A stretch of DNA of 61,850 nucleotides, counting the filler, from Sphacelaria rigidula (lineage: Eukaryota), in the NCBI GenBank assembly GCA_964200075.2. It is 7 parts of 7 records of this genome, joined end to end, with 100 filler letters (N's around TTAATTAATTAA, not from the genome) between each part and the next. Parts side by side here need not be neighbours in the genome. Positions count along the whole stretch, not along the records: positions 17,701 to 26,450 come from CAXNAA020010198.1; positions 26,551 to 35,300 come from CAXNAA020010199.1; positions 35,401 to 44,150 come from CAXNAA020010200.1; 4 more parts are not named here. One strand, 5' to 3'. Below the pieces are notes generated by a model. It ran no database searches. It was not told where the DNA came from and saw only the letters and a list, made by a program, of their open reading frames with translations. This document shows, piece by piece, positions 23,660 to 35,544 of this stretch (within the stretch, counting starts at the first letter, position 1; every line of letters begins with the position of its first letter). Position numbers and translations under genes: made by a program.

Positions 23660-25780
23660 ACAATAAACAGGATATTCTATAAAATGAGGTTCATCAATGT
23701 AATGGGGTTTGAAGAACCTAGCATTGAATGACAAAAAGCCGTCAAGAGTACCACACGACGGCGCTGATGTGCAATTTTGGGGAGGAGTAGGAAGTGCGTC
23801 CGTGGTTGCACATGCTGCCCATCCCTGGTTAGCTGCGGGCGACGGACGGCGTCAAACTCCACCATGGTCTGAAGAAAAAGCGGGAACCATGTCAACAATT
23901 TGTCCATGGGAAAGCGATTGATTGTCCATGATGTTCTCAATGTGGTGCCTCGAGCCCGTGCTCAGCAGAAATATTTCGGCGTCAAGCTGCTCGTCACTGA
24001 CGTGTTGAGGAGAGAAGTAACTTTTCACTATCCCGGAGACGAGCACATACCAAATCAGGATATAAAAATCGGATATCATGGAATATTGTGACAACGCGTG
24101 CTAGAGAAGGCAATGATATCTAATATCCGTGCGGATTCTACCAGGTTCGAGCATACACGCAGCCGCAATGGTGAACACTCGACACAACAACAGCCCTACG
24201 ACGGGCGGTAGTGTGGGAGGAACTCTTGGCAGGATATTGATCAACCTCGTCACGGGTGCATGGGCCCTTGATTTTTCTGGTCGCACTCGAACAGATCACC
24301 TAGGGATTCACCCGAGCAACCCGAGGCCTCACGTGCTGAATCACGACATCACGAAGATAGTCGAAGCCCCCGATCTTCCGCGACTGCTGCGTTGTTTCGA
24401 ATGACGGAGGTGGCCGGCGACCACCAGCGCACCTGAACTTCTGCTTCCCCGTCGGCCCCCTTGCGCTTGTCCGTGACCCTACCCACCAAAAACGGAGCTT
24501 TGTCACCGAGAAGGAAAACAAAATGTCCCTTGTCGAACGAGGGAACATACCCTGCTGGATGGTCATCTCCGTCGCCCCCGCTACCTAGCACTGAGTTATC
24601 GACACCAACTTTTTCCGAATCATCACCGACAGGTGGCTTCCGCCCCCCCACAGACCCCTCGACTACATCGATATCCCCATCTGCCCCCGCCCTCTCTTCC
24701 CGTGACCCTCCAGATGACTGCACGCCATTACGCTTGAACCAATGGCACGGAAGGTTCCACGGTACTGAGCCTTTCGAGGCCAGAAGTCGGTGGGACGTCG
24801 CCATGTCGTCCTTGATGGCCTGCTGTTTCTCGAAATCTGCGTGACATGCGTCGCACGGGAGGGTGGAGGCAGTGCATCTGGGGTATTCAGGGCTCGGGTG
24901 CGCTCCTGCGATGGGGAAAATGATATGAGAAATAAAGGTGAGAAACTGGGACCCGCCGTCCGCAGCGAAAACAAAATAAATAGAGTACACAGCGATCACG
25001 ATACAGTGCCACCACTTGGCGTGCTTGGGGGCGCAACGCCTAGAGGGCAGCTAGTCGACTGTGGACGGCGTTGTAGCGAGCCAGTATGTTATCTCGCTGT
25101 GCGGCATCCACCTCCGTCAGGTCGAATGGAGGTGCACACTCCAGATCTGGAACACCCATGCGGAAGAGCGGGTGAGGGGCTCCCTCGTAGATCCCGGCGG
25201 CCGTCTTCCCCATGAACACTGCAGCATGCATGTGCTTCTTCATGCCGACGGTCACCTGCTCCGTTCCCGCTGGGCGGATTTTGAATGAACGGGGCTGAGT
25301 CACGCCACGAATGGGCAGCACACGGTCACCTTCACCGACGGCTCCTCTCAAGTTGCCGAGGGAGCGAAGAGTGGTGGTAAACACCTCCAGTGCCTTGTAT
25401 GCCTTGCGGAAAGCTTCCGCCTTCTGCCTTCTCGTGAACAGACAAACTCCTTGCAGTGTATGGAAATCCTGGTCAACAATTCCAATGCTTTTGTCGTCGG
25501 TTCTTGCTATATACATTTAGATTTCTTCTCATGGCCACCTCGCTGTACGCATAAAACATATCCCTGAAAATGCCAGTACGAAATCAGGCCGGTTTGTTCG
25601 ACCCATGTTATGGTATTTAGGAGCGTAAGTACGTGTGCTGTGGATCTTCGTGGACTCACGTCCAGCCCACCTACGGCACTTCGAAAGCGCATATATCTGG
25701 ACAGCGTGTCGGAGTGGAATATTGTTGCCGGAGGCGGTATTTCATCTGCTCTTAAGGTTTTGCCCACCGCGTCTGTAGAG
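23660..25780 (-). mobile_element. Intron-containing coding remnant of a probable DNA transposon (possibly the C-terminal half of a Sola-like transposase)
   Basis: ORFs 25040..25516 and 24349..24999 look coding, with CxxC 'PCDACH' and the beta-rich 'GHFVFLLGDKAPFLVGRVTD..EVQVRWWSP'. Upstream segments are bounded by AG/GT. The downstream sequence AAAATGAGGTTCAT..ATGGGGTT (~23680) matches the repeat at ~61792. The superfamily is an inference. Confidence 0.45.
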
Positions 25781-26554
25781 GCAACGCATGACTTGTGCGA
25801 CCCGTGTCAACAACAGCAGAGGCACTCGTGCAGTGAGAGATCTCGTCTGAAAAAAACACGACAGCATGAACGAAAACATATACCCAAATATTGCGGGAGT
25901 GTTGAGTGATGGGTGCGGTTTCACGCCTGCAGTATTACGGTAAAGAAGGCGAACGATTTCGTTTATCCCTTCCAGTGCGGTGGGGATGGTGTCTCCTTGC
26001 CCCTCATCGTATTCGCGGATAAATTACAATAGTTTGACGTGGTCACGGGGAGGAATAGCGGGGTTGCGAATTAATGATGTAACCATCACCGGGTCTTCTG
26101 ATGGGTCACCGGGTCTTCTGATGGGTGGGTCCATTCAAGTACTGGATAAAATCAAGAGCAATGGCCCAGAAAAGGTAGACCTTGACGTATTTCGCCTTAA
26201 GAAGGTACGAAAAATGGCCAGAAACGCGGAAACAGCCAAACACGCCATTTTGACCGTTTCCGCTTCGAAGGTTTCACTCACATCATTTCGGGGGGGCATT
26301 GGCACCCGATCCTCGAAAACAAACGGGAAAAAACATGTCACTCGAGAGATATGGCCACGCGAAAACGAACGCCTCGCCTCCAGAAACCGCTCACCTTTTG
26401 TAGGCCAAATTTCACCCAGGTATACCTGATCTAGGAATTATTTTTCAATCNNNNNNNNNNNNNNNNNNNNNNNNNNNNNNNNNNNNNNNNNNNNTTAATT
26501 AATTAANNNNNNNNNNNNNNNNNNNNNNNNNNNNNNNNNNNNNNNNNNNNTCCT

Positions 26555-26725
26555 CCGGGTTCTCATCCTCAATGAAAAGCACTATCCTCAACATAGATGA
26601 TCGGCTGTTTGAAGAAGAAAATGTTGGGATTTTGAGTGATACGGATGCATGCGAAGAATTTAGTTTTCCGGTTTATCATCCTCAATGAAAAGCTCCATCC
26701 TCGACTTCGATGATCGGCTGTTAGT
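26555..26725 (+). repeat. Dispersed repeat (two subunits here, and again at the start of the next contig, 35401-35460)
   Basis: CCGGGTTCTCATCCTCAAT.AAAAGCAC.ATCCTCAACATAGATGAT.GGCTGTTTGAAG opens both contig 4 and contig 5. Confidence 0.85.
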
Positions 26726-27879
26726 TCCAAGGTGAGAACATATTTCACAACTCGTTTTTTGGATGAGGTAGGGGGCTCCTGACAATTCCAACCCGAGAAA
26801 ATATTTGTGCACCCCTACCTTACTTAGCACCACTCAGCAAGTAAGTTCATCGTCACGAACCCCCGTGTACTGATGGTGCCGACTGACAATGGAAAACAGT
26901 GACTATAAACATGTTTCGAAAGTGCGAGATCTCGCGATCTTTCAGATGCATGATCCCCATTCATGTGCGCTTTTCTCAGTATAAGTCGGCTTCATCAGAG
27001 CAAGCAGGCTACGGTAGGAGTGCAATTTTTGCGCGAAATCTTGTCTGGTTCTGAGTTGCTAACGGTTCTAGATGCACAAGATTATGGGTCGGGACATCCC
27101 CGTTTGCAAATTCATTCAGGATATCCCCAGCACATTGAAATAGTAATCCGGGCGTACTCTCACACCTTTTCATAAGTAACTGGGTCATGGAAAATGGAAT
27201 CCATCCCAAAATGAGGGCCAAGTGGCATTTTGTTTTTGCAGGGATGACGCGAAACAGTTACACAGAGCGAAGTCATCTTCCCCCCAAAATGTCCGCAGCA
27301 GTTTAGCAGCTGTGGCTAGGTGCACCGAACGAATGCGGTGTACACGCGTGTCGATGACGATATCACCAGAGAGAGAAGCACCGACAGAGAGGAAGCTCCT
27401 CGTCCGTGTCCTTGTGTGTCCTCGCTCGGCGATTACCAAACTCTCGAGAGACTGGCGTCATCGATGTTACCAGCATATGCCCAATTTCGCATGTGCCGAA
27501 ACATCGAGCTGTGGAGAGATTTTCTCTCGTCTTACAATTGCGTGTCGCGCTCACGAATGCGAAGATCGATCTCTCTCTGCCTCTCGTTTTGAACAGGACA
27601 CGCCTCTGTGCGCTGAAAAACATGTCGTTGCAAAAGAGGGCAATGCTTCCGTCACCGCTACTACTACTGTTCTCTGTGACACACATGCCAAGCAAGGGCG
27701 GTGGTGCGGCCATAACAAATAGATTCAATTTGAACTTGGGGGGTGTTATTCATCATTGAGGTTACCCACATCTGACCCTCTGGNNNNNNNNNNAGATCAA
27801 ACACTTGTAGAGACCTTTTTGACATGCGGAGTGAAAAAAGATACGTATGGTGGTGACCTAACTTTTGCTAGTGTGGCGC

Positions 27880-28630
27880 ATAGGAGTCCGTCCATGCTGC
27901 AATCTGGAGAAAACGCTGGTCGCGTGAACACCTCGGTACAGTACGAGTAGCTTTCCAGAATTATTCCGATGTGAGGAGGTCATGCATTGCAAGCTGGGAC
28001 GAGAGTGCTCTGCGATCAACCACTTGTCGTTGCATTTGACACCCACGCTATCAACCGCCGACAGCAAAGGTCTTGTGGCTTTCACGCAACGCTGTCGGTA
28101 GTACGGCAGGCAAGCCCGATCGTAGCTAGCTTTCGTTGCTACCGTACTTACTTCCGACCGAAGGTCGCAACGGGTATGGAAGCTAAACAGTTGATTTTTC
28201 TCAACTTCATCCACCCACTTCGAACGACTCTCAGGACCTGAGGGGAGGTGACCGCCTCGGGTCCGGTAGCTTTCCAGAATAAATTCCGAGGTGAGGAGGT
28301 CCTGCATTACAAGCTGGGGCGAGATATGACCCCACGAGTGAAGAGGGGTGCGTCCATTCTGCAATCTGGAGCACACACTGGCTGCGTGAACACCTCGCTC
28401 CAGTAGCTTTCCAGAATAAATTCCGAGGTGAGGAGGTCCTTCCTGCATTACAGGCTGGGGCGAGATATGACCCCACGAGAAACAAGAGTGCTCTATGATC
28501 AACCACTTGTCGTTGCATTTGACACCCACGCCATCAACCACCGATCGCAAAGGTCTTGTGGCTTTCAAGCAACGCTGGCGGCAGTACGGCAAGCGAACCC
28601 GATCATAGCTAGCTTTCGTTGCTCTACCGT
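27880..28630 (+). repeat. Tandem duplication (~470-bp period, with an extra partial unit)
   Basis: GATCAACCACTTGTCGTTGCATTTGACACCCACGC...AAAGGTCTTGTGGCTTTCA occurs at ~28014 and ~28497. GTAGCTTTCCAGAAT occurs three times. Confidence 0.9.
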
Positions 28631-29916
28631 GTTGACTGCCGTCTGCACAAAGGTCACCCACCGTAACAACATGCACCGAATTCGCAAAAGCTGTGAAAGC
28701 AAAACAGTTCGATTTTCTCAACTACGTTCACATGATGGCGGCACCAAAGCTTTCGCGTTGACGAGAACCTACGACGCGCTCAGGGGGTGGTTTGACTGTG
28801 TAGCATGCTACTTGAGTGGTAGCTGTACGATACTGTGTGCTGTTGCACTCATCACCCTTCATTATGCCTGAGAAGAAAAAATAATAAAGCTGCCGGTCGT
28901 AATAACATACATGTGATCATCGAGCGCCTCTAACCTTCGAGAATGGAGATAATCAAAGAGGTTGCAAACTCGCAAATACTGTTGGGAAAAAAAGTATATC
29001 GAAAAATCAGAAAGGAAATACACAAGGAATATGAAAGACACACGCGTTTGGAGATCATTCCGAAGGACTCCAAAACCTAGGAGGGGGGGTGTTGTTGCCG
29101 ACCTGTCACCTCTTGACACAAGGAACCACACGTACGTCAAGAACGTGGAGAAAAAAATGGAAGATGAAATTATTCCAATCGGTGTATGGCACGCATCCGA
29201 GAAGAGGGTATGGAAAAAATGAAGTCGGCACGCACCAAAGCAGTTAAACATTTCCTCGACAAGCAAACGGAGAAGATGTCAGCAAAAGTTCACCTTTCCT
29301 CACTTTCCTCAACTCGTGTGGGAACACGACACAGGAGAACGCACGGTATCCCCTAAAATACTGTCACCCTCACAATAACACGAAACTATAGAGTGGCAAC
29401 AGACAAACAACACCAACACTGCCCCCCCCCCCTCCCCTTCACTCACGTTTGAGTGCAGACGAGGATATAAATCAACCACCCTACCCTTCACTCATCACTA
29501 GCAGCCAACCGATCAAACAGGTCAAGCCCAAAAGCACACGCCGCTGCCGCTCTCCACGCCAATTCTTGCATAACCATCGACACACAATAAGACAAAAAAA
29601 GAGCAGGCAAAAATTCAAAACACAGAACGCACGCAGATGTGCGCTCGAGCTCGACCCGCTGTCTCATCAACGTTCTCTCATGATCTAAAGTTGTTCCGTC
29701 CCATCAACCAACCGACCGCCGCACCGAAAAGCCAACCGACCAGTTCACAAGTCATCCGATCAACTAATCATCCAACGAACCGCGATGGGACGTTTTGCGT
29801 GATCAGATGAGGATATCGTATATCATTATATAGGAATATGTATATAAATATAGATCATATCATATCCGTACTTTCACGTCTTTTTTTTTTGTCTCCACAC
29901 ACGCTGGGCTACTTAC

Positions 29917-31941
29917 GGGATCAGGTGACCACAACAGCGGCTGACAAGACAAACCAAACCCACAGCGAAAGCCACACGCCACGCCACACGATGAGGATGA
30001 AAATTGTGTAGGGCGGTCAGTGGAAATCAAAACCTATCCTTACAAGTCAGCAGCACGCACGTTATGCTGAGCGCTTCCTCAGACACCTTGCATGCTGACA
30101 AAAGTACACATACCCATCAAAATTGTCAAGTCTCCCCCCTGTCTTTCCCTTCTATCCTGATTCACATGCCGCCGCCGCTGCATATGTGGCAGAGAACATT
30201 TGAATGATACTTCAGCACACCGAAGACGGGGGCGGGGGGGGGTTGATTTTTACAAAATACTCCATCCTCAAAAATTACTCTCCTTCGGTAGCGGCAAGCG
30301 CGACCATCTTTTACACAGGGAAAATTGCGCCGTCCTACTTGTGCCTCACCTCGATGAACGAATCCGCTCTGCTCAAGATTCTGAACCACTTCGAGAGCAA
30401 GCCACGAACGTCGCGATAGTTGTAACTATCAAGTACCGTGGGTTGCGGAGGAATGGAGCATAATAGGGCAAAGGGACATTGTTGCCGGCTACTATACGTG
30501 ACAAAGACAAATCCCACCGAAATGGAAGGGGGGGGGGAAAGAGCGGGGTTCGTGTGCAGGGCGCTCGCGCTGAAAAAGAAGAAGAAACGTCTGCGGCGAG
30601 AATAGCAACAGCAGCAGCAATAGCAGCATTAGAAGCCGCGCCCTGAGCATGTAAACCAACGGAACTACTAAAGTACTGCCGGCCTACGCAACCAAGTAAA
30701 CAGACACATGAAAAAACAAGGCTGGCCGACACGGCTGGGGGGCAGGAGGGGACGGGGGGTCACACACCAACACCACCAAAAACCGAAACCAAAAAAGAGA
30801 GCGGTGTATGCACTCAGCTTTATGTACAACCGTATCTGTGCTTCAAAACGTCGCGTGCAAAAACACATCGGGCGGGGGGGATATGTCTTCCCGTCTCTCT
30901 CGTTCATTTCCGATAACCTCCACCCGGCCCCTTCTCCCACCCGCTCTCAACCACGATAATCTATTCTACCACAGCAAGAGCAAACTAGCTTGTGGTTTAG
31001 TAGCGAGCATCGAAACAAAGGTTGCCGGGCCCGCGAGAAGACATACGCTGCCAGAACTCGACCATGCCTGTACTGCTGATGGGCAACGTGATCCCGGGGT
31101 TCAACGAGTACAAACAAAACCGCCTTATCCGTGAACAATATGTAAAACCTACCCAGCATGTATCCCCCATATCCCCTCTTTTCCCACCCCCGCCTATGGA
31201 AAGGGCAGATGAGGAGCCATATCAACACTCATCTCTCGGATTTCATGCCTCCTTTTACTCCTGCCTCGCCCGAAACAAAAGGCGTTACATCCCATCAAAT
31301 AACGAATTCAATGCTCGGAAACCACACCCTCGAAAGCCTTGAGCTATCTTCTGCCGTAATGGAGCTCTCCACGCCGGATATGCGCCACTGTACGCGCACG
31401 CACGCCTGAACAACACATGCTAATACCCCCACCCCCCCCCCCCAGCCTCCCCTACACCTCTCCGTATCTCCGTCTCCGTCTCTTTCTCTCTCTCACCAAT
31501 CATCTCTCAAGGATCCCATTTCCCCGGCGGACCCGGCCGCTCGCTCGCCCCCTTTCCAATCTTGCCACTACCTGTAAGTCTATCTGCCTCCCCTCCATCC
31601 CCCCCACCCACACCACTGCCACCACCACCATCACCAGCAGGCAAAAAATTGCCAACTCCCCACGACAAGGCGTTCGCCGCAAGAGACCCATCACTCTTGG
31701 TGTGCTTGATGGTTTTGGGGCGTCTGCTGCCCTTGGACCACCTGCCCCCCTGTCCTGCGGCACCGTGGCCGTTCCCCCATCCGAGGTCCGGGGGCTCGGG
31801 GTCCCATTTACCTAGACTGCCGATGCCGCCCCTGCCCACTCCCGAGCTTCCACCATCGCCAGCGGCGATGCCTGCTGCCGTCAGGTGGGAAGGGGTCACG
31901 TGCTCCATGGCGTCGGCGAATCCTGTCCAGCCCGCCGAGAC
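29917..31941 (-). CDS. Possible multi-exon gene of unknown function (partial, exon chain unresolved)
   Basis: A Gly-rich open frame 31941-31507 follows a GTAG acceptor. An exon-like segment 'LLCSIPPQPTVLDSYNYRDVRGLLSKWFRILSRADSFIE' ends at GAG|gtgagg (~30350). A 24-nt segment 29940-29917 is bounded by tcag| and |gtaagt. No family recognised. Confidence 0.3.
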
Positions 31942-32731
31942 CTACGTGTTGTGCGCGTGGCGTTTTACAAACAAAGGCGTTTTACAAACAAAGGCGTTTC
32001 ACATGACCGACGTTGCACGGCGCCTTTTTCACGTTTCCTGTTCCTGAACCAGTCGCGAGGTGGCAACGTTGAGCTAATACCACTTTGGCCGTCCGGTTTA
32101 GACATGGAGACGTCGGATTTTTGTGCCCGGTTTGAATATGGGCACGCGAGACTTGTTTGGGCACAGCGGGTCATGTGTACTCCGTGTGATCATCATGTGT
32201 GTTGTCGTACCTGACCGGGTCGACGATCTCGCGAATTTTCAAAGGTGCTCACAGTGAACAAAATGGGGGTAGGGGTGTGTGCTCTTGATCTTGCATGCCG
32301 CAGTCGTGAAACCATCGACCCCACATCCCTGGGTTTTCGCCGGACCAGGCTCGCAATCAATCACTAAGCGCGAAGCGCCGTGGTGTGCTCGGCGAGTCGA
32401 TGAAGAGTGAGCTGCATCTTGCTAATTTTGTTCGGCCCGAAGCCTACTGATTATCTCGGGATTTGGACGACAGCCTCCAATGAGCTGCTTCATTTTCTGG
32501 CATCGCCATTTCGAGCTTCAAGTATTGTGAAAATTGCCTGACTTTATCGACCTGAGCAGCCTCGATATCAGGATAAATATTACTACTGGAAGGGGAGCCT
32601 TTAGATGTCCGCCTCTCACCACCATAGTGTCCGAAAATATACTATGGGATCGCATCTCGGAGGCCACAGGTGTATACCCGTTCTGGCCAACCACCAAAAG
32701 CAGCAACAAAAAGCAAAATAAAACGCCTGAC

Positions 32732-35117
32732 TGCGGAAGACACCTCTTTCCAGTGACACATCAGAGATTGATGCCACACATGTATCAAGAACCAGCGCAT
32801 GCAGGTACAAGGTAGGAACGGTCCGAAAGGGCCAGAATACCGTGACCCTGTAAGGCCAACGATACTAGACGACTCGGGGTGATGCCAGGAAGAGCCTGAT
32901 ATCAGTGTGGCCGAACATCCCCCGAGGAGAAGGGTGAACCTTACGGTGCATCACTTCTACTTCTAGTCCGGCCACCTTTTTGCTTACATTACACAAGGGG
33001 AAATCATCGCCAGCCTCGGAGTTCCTTCGGCATCAGGACGACATCTCCAATGACAGTCTTACCCGTCGGTCACTGTCTACACTAGCGATATACCTTCCTT
33101 ATATTTGGCGACACCAGGAAATAACTCGGGAAGACAGGCCGGAGAAGTAAAAACAAGAACGAGAACCGATTGCTCCGACGCCATTAACACCAGGGTCCTC
33201 CAAGGAACACTACGGCAGGTGAAGTGTATGGGTCATGTGCACAATTATCCGAGTTGAGGGGTTATGGGGGTTTTGTGTCGGGGACAACGCGAAATTAGCC
33301 TCCTCAGCGTGCATTATATGTCACCCGCATGGTTAATCGAGCAGCGAAACGCGAAATTAGTCTCCTCAGTTTTCATTATATGTCGCCAGCATGGCTAGTC
33401 AAACAGCCAAGCCGCACGTATCAACCCACGTCTCACCACCATTGTGCAAGATGCACGGCAACCAATCAAGCAGACCCACCTCTGGAACACCGTGACCCGA
33501 AACAGCACCAACGAAAACCCAGCCTGCGGACGGACTACCTTGTCATACCCTACCATCTAGCAAGCGAAATAAGGAGGTGTGAAGGAAGTATTGGACGGTC
33601 TTTCCGCATCTCAGCTCACAAGTTGAGAGAAGTTGAAAACTGCAGATAGTTCAATATTTCATATCTCAGTACGCATGCAATGGAGAAAAAGTGCCAACCC
33701 TCTGGTGGAATATATCGGAGAGAAGCGGGTTTTCTAGTCAGTACAGTAATTCCTCGGCCAGGCACCAAAACAGCTCCAGTTGTGACGTGAACGTGCATAC
33801 TAGGATGAAGCAGATGCTGAATAAGAGCACACTCGGATCTACTTCCTAAGCAGCCTTTATAACAGTCGTCGAAAAAGCGATATACCTGACACGGGTCCAA
33901 AATCGTCGAAAATGAAGCTCAACTTGTTGAGACTCATATCATGTTACATTCTGTGCGGTACCCCAAGGAGTCGGCAACGTTACATTCCACGTTGACACAT
34001 GTTTAACCTGCCGCCATAAAATCATTTTTTATACGCAGTGGCGATAGATTTCAAGTCGTAACTGCCCATAATCCCTCTGGAAGATCATCCGGTCACATCT
34101 GGTTTAGATGTAGCACCTGGATATTGAGATGTGGTAAATCTTACGAATGAAGAAGCGGCGAAACATGCATCAAAACCCTGGAACACCGAACATGATGAAA
34201 CCTTCGGAAAAATTAAACAATGAATGGCCGGGGCGCCCGTTCTTCATATTCCAGATTTCACCCAAGACTTCACGATAAATATCGATACGTCAGACCGAGG
34301 CGCGGGAGCGTACCTGTCCCAGAAGAAGGGCGACGACGACACAATCGTAGCATACTTTTGAGTCAACGTTTCGACGACGCTCAATCTCGCTACTCACCCA
34401 CCGTGAAGGAATGTTATGCGGTCGTACTGCCCATTCCGCCTTTCAGACCTTTCTTATGGGGCCATCACTTTGCGTGTGTAACAGATCATGCGGCTCTTCG
34501 ATTTCTATATGCAATGCAAGATACGAGCAGCATGTTTACCCGTTGGGCGATCGCTTTACAACCGTATGACTTCACTGTCAGACACAAACCGGGGCAACTT
34601 CATGTCATTCCGCACACTCCTTCACGACTATTCGCTTTCGAGAAGCGACAAGAGGCTGAAATCAAGCCGTTGCTAACACCAATCCACGGGAGAAAATCGG
34701 ATTTAAATGGGCTGAAATCCTCATACTTCGAAGTATTTGTACAAATGTGAAAGGCACCTCTTTCCAGTGACACATCAAAGACTGATGCTACACATGTATC
34801 AACAACCAGCGTATGCAGGTACAAGCTAGGAACGGTCCGAAAGGGCCAGAGTACCGTGGCCCTGTAAGGCCAACGATACTAGACAACTCGAGGTGATGCA
34901 AGGAAGAGCCTGATATCACGGTGGCCGAACGTCCCCCGAGCAGAAGGGTGCACCTCACGGTGCATCACGTCCACTTCTAGTCTGGCCCTCTTTTTGCCCA
35001 CATTACATAAGAGAAAACCATCGCCAGCCTCGGAGTTCCTTCGGCATCAGGGCGACATCTTCAACGACAGTCTTACCCGTCGGTCTCTGTCTACCCTAGC
35101 GATATGCCTTCCTCGTA
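32732..35117 (+). mobile_element. Degenerate, internally deleted Ty3/gypsy element: LTR (32732-33103), PBS, RNase H remnant, LTR (34746-35117)
   Basis: Two ~370-bp direct repeats start with TG. A PBS-like TGGCGACACCAGG at 33106 follows the first. No TSD or PPT is seen. Confidence 0.75.
34170..34650 (+). pseudogene. Ty3/gypsy RT-connection/RNase H fragment
   Basis: 'W..EHDETFGKIKQ*MAGAPVLHIPDFTQDFTINIDTSDRGAGAYLSQ', then after a frameshift 'SQRFDDAQSRYSPTVKECYAVV..FRPFLWG..F..VTDHAAL...TRWAIALQPYDFTVRHKPG'. These are canonical gypsy RNase H motifs. Confidence 0.92.
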
Positions 35118-35257
35118 TTCCAACATATTTCACGTACGCACACGTTCGTGGTAAGCCCTCATTTATTTTTTCCACCTCCGGGTAAATAAAACCAAACGGA
35201 CGAAAACATTGATCATACTAGAGAACTAACAGGGGTGGGCGGAGAGGGGGGGGGGGG

Positions 35258-35300
35258 CGTACTCATTTGTTGCTTGCCTTAGTCATTTGACCATTGACCA
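35258..35300 (-). mobile_element. 3' end of the C-run-associated LINE, cut by the contig end
   Basis: The reverse complement TGGTCAATGGTCAAATGACTAAGGCAAGCAACAAATGAGTACG is followed by C12 (G-run at 35246-35257). Confidence 0.7.
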
Positions 35301-35544
35301 NNNNNNNNNNNNNNNNNNNNNNNNNNNNNNNNNNNNNNNNNNNNTTAATTAATTAANNNNNNNNNNNNNNNNNNNNNNNNNNNNNNNNNNNNNNNNNNNN
35401 CCGGGTTCTCATCCTCAATCAAAAGCACCATCCTCAACATAGATGATTGGCTGTTTGAAGCAGCACAACAACGCTATGAGAAAAGTAGCGCGCTCTCATG
35501 ATAGGGTCGGGTCATCTGCGGAAATACCGTACATCCAGACTCGC

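Noticed and set aside
27858..28721. 287-aa ORF with internal repeats
   Set aside because: It reflects a DNA tandem duplication with indels between copies and shows no known domain.
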